Translations under genes and position numbers: made by a program
Notes under the pieces: generated by a model
What the model was told of the DNA's origin: nothing
The model's database searches: none
The model's input: only the letters and a program-made list of their open reading frames with translations
Part shown: positions 1 through 7,400 of the stretch, one piece after another
Layout: the number at the start of each line of letters is the position of its first letter
Numbering within the stretch: position 1 is the stretch's first letter
Source: Candidatus Thorarchaeota archaeon
Lineage (GTDB): Archaea > Asgardarchaeota > Thorarchaeia > Thorarchaeales > Thorarchaeaceae
Direction of reading: 5' to 3'
NCBI GenBank assembly: GCA_003345555.1
Contig: PRDJ01000004.1
Coordinates: forward strand, 1 to 9,245
DNA: 9,245 nucleotides

Positions 1-39
1 ATCTTCTGACCAGTCACGCATAGGTCACAGAATGAAGAC

Positions 40-885
40 TCACTGCGATTGTGGGAACTTCAGCTGGATTATCTTCATGACTCCCAGCGAATCGCTAAGC
101 TTCATCAATAAACGGGTCTTTCTCTTCCATTTTGGATTATGGGGCAGGCGAGAAAACAGAGGAAACTTGTCAACAATCTGGAGCCTAGGGTCCCATTCGG
201 CCACTTGCCTCGCAGCATCGTTAATGTAAAAAGAGAACGAAACGCCCGTAGCGTCACTCTTTCTCAAGCGACGATTCCATACTCTTTTCCCAAGCTTGGA
301 AGGCACATCAAAGATCAGTTCTCCGCCGGGAAAACGCGATGCCATTGTCCGTATGAGCGTTGCTACCTCTTCTTCTTTGAAATAATAGAGCAACCCTCCA
401 ACGAGGAAGAGGATTCCTATATCCTTAGAGAAATCCACGGATTCAAGCCAGCCAAGATCAAGCACAGATTTTGTGATGGCGGTACATCGCGGAGCATCAG
501 GGATATACTTCCTTCGCTTGGCTATCGCATCGGGAAGGTCCAGGTCGTACCAATGGATTTGACCATTATCGACTCGTGAAAAAGTCGTGTCCATGCCGCA
601 TCCTACATCGACAATGGTTGCGCTTGGATGTGTTTCGATGTATCTCCTAATCGCATCGTCGAAAGAACGCGCTCGAAACAGAACAAACAACGCAATGAAT
701 TCATCCACAAGTTTCAACACTAGGGCAAGGTCAGCCGGCGAGTATCTGCTTTCAATAGTATTCCAGATTCGGATCGCATCTGTGTCGTTCAGCAACTCGG
801 GATACATCTGACTGTAAGTTGCCCGCGCCCAGAACGGCCCGCCCATCGTTTGTTCGAGTGAAAGTTCGGGAGAAATCTTTTCCAC
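40..885 (-). CDS. Class I SAM-dependent methyltransferase, leucine carboxyl methyltransferase (LCM)/TcmP-like O-methyltransferase family, 281 aa
   Basis: Family motifs in the translation: N-terminal 'EQTMGGPFWARA' (cf. ETMLIPLWARA), 'RARSFDDAIRRYI', SAM motif I 'IVDVGCGMDT', 'WYDLDLPDAIAKRR', 'GGLLYYF.EEEV', 'FPGGELIFD'. GTG start at 885, TGA stop at 40-42. Substrate unknown. Confidence 0.9.
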   Translation of the reverse strand: MEKISPELSLEQTMGGPFWARATYSQMYPELLNDTDAIRIWNTIESRYSPADLALVLKLVDEFIALFVLFRARSFDDAIRRYIETHPSATIVDVGCGMDTTFSRVDNGQIHWYDLDLPDAIAKRRKYIPDAPRCTAITKSVLDLGWLESVDFSKDIGILFLVGGLLYYFKEEEVATLIRTMASRFPGGELIFDVPSKLGKRVWNRRLRKSDATGVSFSFYINDAARQVAEWDPRLQIVDKFPLFSRLPHNPKWKRKTRLLMKLSDSLGVMKIIQLKFPQSQ

Positions 886-1135
886 CTATCCCTTCAGTCG
901 CATAGACATGCGGTCCATGTCGAGTACTCTTTTCAACAGATAATCGTGCATCTTGCACCTCTTCGCTTAAAGGATTGCTGTACCGAATCGGGCTATCGCG
1001 GCGTTCAAGGAAGGCCTGCCATTCCTTCGAGCTTTATCCTGGCGTATGGTCCCCCGAGTCAGTTCCTAAAGATTGAAGAATGGGTTTCTCGACAATCAGT
1101 TTCCTAGGACATCCGGCTTAGGGGATGACATTGCG

Positions 1136-2497
1136 ATGGTAGATGGAATCGTGATTATTGGATGTGGTGCAGCAGGAGCGACAGCTGCTATGCAGGCAAG
1201 GAAGTTCAACCGGAAAGTATCTATCACGATATTCAATTCAGAGCAGTATTCCCAGTACTCAAGGTGCGGCCTACCATATACGATATCGGGGAAGGTCAGA
1301 GATACCGAAGACTTGGTCCTGACTCCACCAGAGAGCTGGAAGGGATTGGGCATAGATGCTCGCCTAGGTACAACAATCACTGGTATCGATGCCAAGGTGC
1401 ATCGGCTGGAATACAGAGGAGCTGCCGGTGGAGGCACGATAGAGTATGATGCTTTGATATTCGCAACCGGTGCTCGGAATGCTGACCCTCCGATAAAGGG
1501 AATTGACAAGAAGCGTGTCTATGGTATCAGGACCATACCCGACGCCAAGGCTCTCTCTGGTGAGGCAACGAAAGCGAAGAATGTCGTTGTCATCGGAGGT
1601 GGAGTAGCCGGCATGGAAACAGCCGAGGCGCTCCATGAACGAGGCGTCCATGTTACCGTTGTCGAATTCCTGCCTAACGTCCTACTAGCCATGGTGGACC
1701 CGGATATGGCGGAGATTGTCGAAGAGCACTGCAGAAATCAAGGGCTGGAGATACTCACCAATGCTGCTGCACAGGAGATCCTTGGCGAGTCATCGCCAAG
1801 GGCTGTGAAAGTCGTCAGGAGAGACTCACAGGAGGTACTTGAGATAAAGGCAGACGCTGTTGTTGTATCCACAGGCGTTAGACCGGTCACTGATTTGGCG
1901 CAGAAGATCGGCGTGGAAATTGGGACAACTAAGGGGATAAAGACTGACGAGAGGATGTCAACTAATATCAAAGATGTCTACGCTTGCGGAGATTGCTCGG
2001 AGAATGTTGATTTCGTAACTCGAAAGCCCATGACGATGGGCTTGGGCACCCTTGCCGTTAGGCAGGGCCGCGTTGCAGGAATCAATGCCGCAGGTGGGGA
2101 CGAGAAGTTCCCGGGGATTGTTGGTGCAAAGGTGACCAAGATCTTCGGACTTGAAATCGCGAGCACGGGCTTATCCGAGGAGCTGGCCAAGCGCTTCGAG
2201 ATTGATGTCGTCAAAGGCTCAGTCAAAGGAAGCACAAAGCCTCCGTACTACATTGGGGGGAAAGATATCAAAATCAAGACGTTCTTCGATAAGCAAACTG
2301 GTAAGCTCGTTGGTGGCCAAATTGTAGGGACAGAGGATGCCGCCATGAGACTTAACGTCATAACGATGGGCATTCAGAACTCGATTGACGCCGCAGGTCT
2401 GTTTGACTTCGAGAATTGCTATGCCCCGCCAGTTTGCGAGACATGGGATCCCCTTGTCACTTCGGCAGATGCTGCGAAACGCAGGTTGAAAGGTTGA
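1136..2497 (+). CDS. FAD-dependent pyridine nucleotide-disulfide oxidoreductase, NADH oxidase / CoA-disulfide reductase family (single active-site Cys), ~453 aa
   Basis: FAD-binding 'IVIIGCGAAG'; active-site 'YSRCGLPY' (Cys42/43 equivalent); 'ATGA'; NAD(P)H-binding 'VVVIGGGVAG' followed by 'VTVVEF' (acidic residue suggests NADH); 'DVYACGD'; C-terminal 'YAPPVCETWDPL'. Start moved from 1073 to ATG 1136: in frame, preceded by GGGGATGA (1121-1128), and immediately before the first Rossmann strand. No rhodanese domain. Confidence 0.92.
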   Translation: MVDGIVIIGCGAAGATAAMQARKFNRKVSITIFNSEQYSQYSRCGLPYTISGKVRDTEDLVLTPPESWKGLGIDARLGTTITGIDAKVHRLEYRGAAGGGTIEYDALIFATGARNADPPIKGIDKKRVYGIRTIPDAKALSGEATKAKNVVVIGGGVAGMETAEALHERGVHVTVVEFLPNVLLAMVDPDMAEIVEEHCRNQGLEILTNAAAQEILGESSPRAVKVVRRDSQEVLEIKADAVVVSTGVRPVTDLAQKIGVEIGTTKGIKTDERMSTNIKDVYACGDCSENVDFVTRKPMTMGLGTLAVRQGRVAGINAAGGDEKFPGIVGAKVTKIFGLEIASTGLSEELAKRFEIDVVKGSVKGSTKPPYYIGGKDIKIKTFFDKQTGKLVGGQIVGTEDAAMRLNVITMGIQNSIDAAGLFDFENCYAPPVCETWDPLVTSADAAKRRLKG

Positions 2498-2504
2498 ATG
2501 CGGC

Positions 2505-2993
2505 TCAATCATGGGTGAGCAGCACTCGATTATTCAAAGCATACTGAAACGAACTGACTTGGATAGGAGAACCTGCAACAAGCACGGCCGTGCTGATGGT
2601 CCCTTTGTTAACTGAGTACTCATGGACGGCCTTGACAATCTCCTCAGCGACCTCCCAGCTCGGTACTCCCGCCACTTCGAGCCCGACCGTAAAGAAGCCC
2701 ACCTCCACTGCCTTCAGACCGTTAGCATCATCGAGGGCTTTCTTGGTCGCTTCATAGATCATTGTCCGTCTCCCGAAGTCCTTAAGGGAAACCTCTGGCC
2801 AGTAGGCGACTTTCTTTGCGAGCGTCATTTCTTGTACTTGGATGGCAGGGCCGACCTTGCCCGGAAACGTCCCGACTGCTTGCAGTGGCATGTATCCGAT
2901 CCTCTTTGACTTCACAACATAGTCCATTCCCACATCATCATGAGGACCGTTCTCAAGCTTGACGAGCAGACCATTCATTGACCACTCGTTCAA
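2505..2993 (-). CDS. Degenerate macrodomain-fold protein (pseudo-macrodomain), ~162 aa
   Basis: A 78-aa segment at its C-terminus aligns without gaps to the last 78 aa of the neighbouring macrodomain protein (22/78 identical by hand). The GDIT, NAAN and GGGV motifs are absent. Likely TTG start at 2993, 5 nt after GAGGTGA (2999-3005), which overlaps the upstream stop codon. Confidence 0.7.
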   Translation of the reverse strand: MNEWSMNGLLVKLENGPHDDVGMDYVVKSKRIGYMPLQAVGTFPGKVGPAIQVQEMTLAKKVAYWPEVSLKDFGRRTMIYEATKKALDDANGLKAVEVGFFTVGLEVAGVPSWEVAEEIVKAVHEYSVNKGTISTAVLVAGSPIQVSSFQYALNNRVLLTHD

Positions 2994-2998
2994 GGGAG

Positions 2999-3005
2999 TC
3001 ACCTC
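2999..3005 (-). promoter_or_regulatory. Shine-Dalgarno site GAGGTGA overlapping the TAG stop of the macrodomain gene (translational coupling)
   Basis: Plus strand 2999-3005 is tcacctc, read on the minus strand as TAG-AGGTGA-ctccc-TTG. Confidence 0.7.
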
Positions 3006-3526
3006 TAGATGTTCTTCAGAGCATCATCGAAGTTCTGGGCAATCGATGCGTTGAATGCAACAAGCACTACTCGGCGGACTGAGCCCGGATGCTTCGAATG
3101 CATTTTGATGGCCTCTACGATGGCACTCGCAGATTCCTCACCCGGCAAACCACCGACTCCAGCCCCAATTGCAGGAAGTGCAACCGAGCGAACGCCCTTT
3201 GACGACGCAAGCTTGAGACCTGCTATCACTGAGGTTTTGACCCTTGAGTAAGTAGCCTGACCTCCTGGGGGCATTCCTGCACAGTGAATGACATAGCGTG
3301 CCGCTAGCTTGCCTCCTGAAGTGATGATAGCCTCCCCGGCCTTGATTGGTCCTTGGGCCACTGCCTCTTTCTCAATCACGTCTCCTCCAGCATGTTTGAT
3401 AGCACCAGCGACGCCTGAACCCATCAAGAGGTCGGAATTGGCGGCATTGGCAATCGCTTCAACTGAAACCCTGGTTATGTCCCCGACGGTGCTTTCGACC
3501 TCAATATCCCCTACCTTGATCTTCAA
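3005..3526 (-). CDS. Macrodomain (Appr-1''-p processing / ADP-ribose-binding) protein, AF1521/YmdB-like, ~173 aa
   Basis: Motifs 'GDIT', 'AIANAAN', 'MGSGVAGAI', 'YVIHCAG', 'SVALPAIGAGVGG', 'VVLVAF'. Likely TTG start at 3526, with GAGGT (3535-3539) 8 nt upstream; the ORF track start at 3601 appears over-extended. Confidence 0.95.
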   Translation of the reverse strand: MKIKVGDIEVESTVGDITRVSVEAIANAANSDLLMGSGVAGAIKHAGGDVIEKEAVAQGPIKAGEAIITSGGKLAARYVIHCAGMPPGGQATYSRVKTSVIAGLKLASSKGVRSVALPAIGAGVGGLPGEESASAIVEAIKMHSKHPGSVRRVVLVAFNASIAQNFDDALKNI

Positions 3527-3534
3527 TTCGAATA

Positions 3535-3539
3535 ACCTC
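3535..3539 (-). promoter_or_regulatory. Shine-Dalgarno site GAGGT for the macrodomain gene
   Basis: Plus strand acctc at 3535-3539, 8 nt upstream of an in-frame TTG that begins the AF1521-like N-terminus (MKIKVGDIEV). Confidence 0.55.
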
Positions 3540-3663
3540 GTTTCAGTCCAGTAAACGAATTGACGCGCAATCGTAAAAGGCTGTTGAATTACGGTCATCA
3601 AGGCAAGAGCCGCGCGTGCTTGTCCGGCAGGTCTTTTTGGTTGATGTTTTCCTCCGGAATAGC

Positions 3664-4248
3664 GTGATTACCCCTTCCGATATCAGTGCCGGCGAGGTGG
3701 ATGCCCTCGTAAAGAAATACGGGCGACCGAGAAGGCTCAAGTTTGAGGCCGACTTCCTTGAGCCTGAATGTGAGTTGATCAGAGAAAGTACATCAAAAGG
3801 CCGCAATCATGACATCACCTGTTTCATCAAGAGCGGCGGAGGATATGTCGTAATCCAGAAGCCCGCCTACTCAGATACCGGCATCTTCAGAGCTCCTTCG
3901 GGCGGAGCACACCCGGGCGAGACCATAGAAGACGGAGCGAGTCGCGAGATGCATGAGGAGACGGGTCTAGAGATACGTCTCATCAGGTTCGTGCTGGATT
4001 TGTCTCTCACGGTCAACTGCGGGAAAGAGACGATTCCATGGCGGTCACTGGTCTTCCTCGCAGACATAGCGGGCGGCGAGATGAAGCCCATCGACTCTCA
4101 CGAGATTTCGGGCATAACTGTCATGACGAAGGAGCAACTCCTCGGTCCAGTGACCAAACTCATGAAGAAATCGGGAATGGGCGGCTTCAAGTACAGGGCG
4201 TTCCTGACGAAGTCTTTCTTCGAGGAACTCGAGAAGCTGAGGCGGTGA
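3664..4248 (+). CDS. Nudix hydrolase, substrate unknown (~194 aa; start uncertain between 3616 and 3664)
   Basis: Complete Nudix box GX5EX7REUXEEXGU: G-GAHPG-E-TIEDGAS-REMHEETGL. In-frame GTG at 3664 chosen tentatively as the start. Confidence 0.9.
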   Translation: MITPSDISAGEVDALVKKYGRPRRLKFEADFLEPECELIRESTSKGRNHDITCFIKSGGGYVVIQKPAYSDTGIFRAPSGGAHPGETIEDGASREMHEETGLEIRLIRFVLDLSLTVNCGKETIPWRSLVFLADIAGGEMKPIDSHEISGITVMTKEQLLGPVTKLMKKSGMGGFKYRAFLTKSFFEELEKLRR

Positions 4249-4491
4249 AGTCAGTCACTCGTGAGTTCTGGATTAAGCAGCACGGACATCATTCATCTAC
4301 ATTAGAGGTCTAGACTTGAGATGGTGGATACATTCGGCAATGTTCTGGACAGGTGCGTTGATCCATCTTCTGGACAATATCGAGAGTATCACTTTGATGG
4401 ATGTTCCTGCGGCTCAAACCTGTTTTGGTGGGAGTCTCACTCATTCCGGTAGTTGCGAGTTACATTTGCCAGGATGCTTCTCCGAATCGTG

Positions 4492-7400
4492 CTACTCCTT
4501 CTTGTCGATATGAATCACTATGTTTCCTCCTTGCAGGAAACCGTATGGGCCAAAGCCCGCCTCATGCCAAAGGACACCGTTCTTGTCGTAGACACGTATC
4601 TGGAAGACATCTCCCAATCCTTCTTCGGCGTTATCCCAGACATCAATCCGGAGGTTGTAGTTACCTTCAGACCATAGCAGCTCACCAGTCACCGAGTTGT
4701 ATTGCTGTACGACGCACTTTGCCTCAAAGAAGGAGTGGTTATCCACGATGGCCATGCCAATCCAGGCAGTGCTCTTGACTATGAATTGCCAATCGCCGAC
4801 TCGGTAGACATAGATTGCCTGTCCCTTCGGAAGACCGTTACTCTTGTATTTCACGTTGAAGCCGAAGTTGGCCTTCTGCCCGCTTGAGTCCCAGATCCAT
4901 CCCCCGCCAGTCGCGAAGTCACCCGTGGGTTCATAGACAACTATGTTGACGAAATCCGAGCTCGGACCCTGATAGTAGCTGTTAGCCTCACAGTCGAAGC
5001 TGACTCGGATCAGGTAACCGTTTTCGGGCAGGTTCGGTACCTCAATTATGAAGACGCCCACTCCGTCAACCTCTGTCCCCGAAATTGCGTAAGGGCCATA
5101 GGTTACGAATGGATTAAGTGGATCAAGTGGCACGGTGTAGATTCTGAAGGTCACCCATATCTTGGTAGGGTCACCCCAATAACCGTCATCATCATCAAAG
5201 ACCGTCGCTCGTAGAGTTATCGTATCAGCTGACAATGGTATGACTGTAGAACCAGTATAGTTTACAAGGGCGTATTCCTTCTCGATTATGAAATCATGGG
5301 CATCGGATGACGCAAGGTATTCCCCGTCCTCCACAAACCAAGCAGAAACCACGTATGACCCAGCTGGCTGATTCAGTATGACAGTGACGTTGGCAATGCC
5401 ATCTGAATTCGTGGTCGTCGAAGCAGTCTGGCTGCCTACAGAGAAGAATATCGTTTTGCCTTCTATCGGTAGTTGTGTAGCAACGTCAATCAGTCTGGCT
5501 GCCAGGTATGAAGGGTCAGAGTAGTTACCTGTAAATTCGTCAATATAGACGAGCTCGGAGGCGTTCACAACAATGTCAAAGGAGTGTTCAGACTCTACGT
5601 TTCCTGCCATGTCAGTACTCTTGTAGTAGACAGTATGCTCGCCTATCTCCAGCACATTGAACGGTCCCGCGTAAGTAATCCATTTTCCGGAATCTAAACG
5701 ATACTCTGTTTCATGGACCCCAGCGAGATTATCTGTGGGGTAGAGAACGAAATCGGTTGTAGTAGAAACATAGGTGTACGTATCACCTGACTCAGAGAAT
5801 GGAGGTAGAATTTCATGTGTCGTTTCAGGCGCAGTCTGGTCAATCTGGAAGTACATTGGGCTTTCCGTCTCGACTTTTCCGGCGTTGTCAATGGACCAGT
5901 ACTCCACTGTGTATGTGCCGTCGATATAGAACAGGACTGAACCAGTGTAGAGTACACTCGGTCCGCTATTCACCCTGTAGTAAGTCTCGAGGACGCCAGA
6001 TGTGACATCAATAGGTGTCAGACCAAGCTCGACTGGCGATACATACCAGTCGTTGTTTCCATCAGGAATCGCTGGTTCCAAGGAGGGTGTGGTGACCGGG
6101 TCTTCTGTGTCAATCTTGAATGAAGCGGTGTTGTGAGGCAGCTCAATGTTGCCGAGGTTGTCAACTGACCAGAACTCAATACTGTGGTACCCATTCCCCG
6201 ATTCTTCGAACATGCCCGTGTACAGCGTGACAGCACCTGAGTCGAGTATGTAATAGACCGATGCGACTCCGGTTCCAGCTCCATCGTCGAACGTCATGGT
6301 CACAAATACGCTGGAAACGTACCAATTATCATTTCCAAGGCTACCAGACAGTTCTTTGTGCGATACTGGCGCCGTGTTGTCGAGTTCATAGGCCGCTTCG
6401 TAGATGTCCTCAGTATTACCGAGCATGTCCACGGAGTAGTATTCGACACAATAGGTTCCGTCGATCCCAACTAGCATGAACTCGCCGCTATAGAGGATCC
6501 ATTGATCGTAGTTGATTCGGTAGTAAGTTGCATACACATCCGAGCCAGTGTCTATTGCGTCCAGTCCGAGATGAGTGTCGCTGGTGACATACGAGTTGTG
6601 TTCCGGCGTGCCTATATGGATAGTAGTTGTAGGCGGCGAGTTGTCTAGAATGAGTGTAGTAGAGAGTTCTGTTTCGGTATTACCGAAGGAATCCACAGCA
6701 TAGTAGTAGACAGTGTATTCGCCGTCAGCGCCCTCCAAAAAGAACGAGCCCATACGGGTCTGCCATTGACCATCGTTGACCTTGTAGTGAATACTCGCAA
6801 TACCAACACCGGTGCCATCATCAGCTGAAAGATCTAGAGGAGTATTTGATGTGACGCAGTCGCCCGCTACTGGTGTTCCCACATGAAGCGTGGTCACAGG
6901 TGGCGAGTTGTCTAGAGTGAAGGTCATGGATTTCTCAAGTTCTGTGTTTCCATAGAGATCCACAGCGAAGTAGTAGATGGTATAATCGCCGTCTTCTCCT
7001 ATCAGGAAGAACGGACCTTCATACGTCAGCCATGGTCCATCGTTGACCCTGTAGCGCGTATAGTCAACGCCGATTCCAAGACCATCGTCTGGACTCAACT
7101 CTAGACTGGTAGCTGAAGTGATGTATGAATCTACAAATGGAGTGCCTACGAGAAGGGTTGTCGTCGGAGCAACCACGTCAGTGACCGTAGCAGTAGAAGA
7201 TGCAGTACTCCACTCCTGATCCAAGAGTCCTCTGTCCAAGTCAGCATTGTAAGCAGTCACACTAATAGTGTGTGTGCCCACTGCACTAGGAACGGGATAA
7301 TCGCCAGCTGAAGATCCTGCAAAAACTCCGTCAATCTCCACCACGATGGAGTCGACTCCGCTCTCAGGATCTTCTGCAGAAACCGTCCAGTGACCCGGAT

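Noticed and set aside
139-579. 146-aa plus-strand ORF, and the other short ORFs overlapping 40-885
   Set aside because: Antisense shadows of the methyltransferase gene; no motifs.
966-971. TTTAAG (minus strand) as TATA box for the methyltransferase
   Set aside because: No clear BRE, and no transcription start site is known to support it.
1005-1030. Short inverted repeat aaggaa-N9-ttcctt in the divergent intergenic region
   Set aside because: A 6-bp stem is within chance expectation, and it is not in a terminator position.
1096-2512. Several 77-137-aa ORFs within the oxidoreductase gene
   Set aside because: Antisense or alternate-frame shadows of a well-supported CDS.
3556-3578. ATTG-N5-CAAT palindrome and adjacent TTTTA (minus strand) as operator/TATA
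   Set aside because: Too short to distinguish from background without orthologue comparison.
3664-4248. Specific annotation as ADP-ribose, NADH or CoA pyrophosphatase
   Set aside because: The diagnostic downstream Pro, the SQPWPFP motif and the LLTxR..FPGG motif are all absent.
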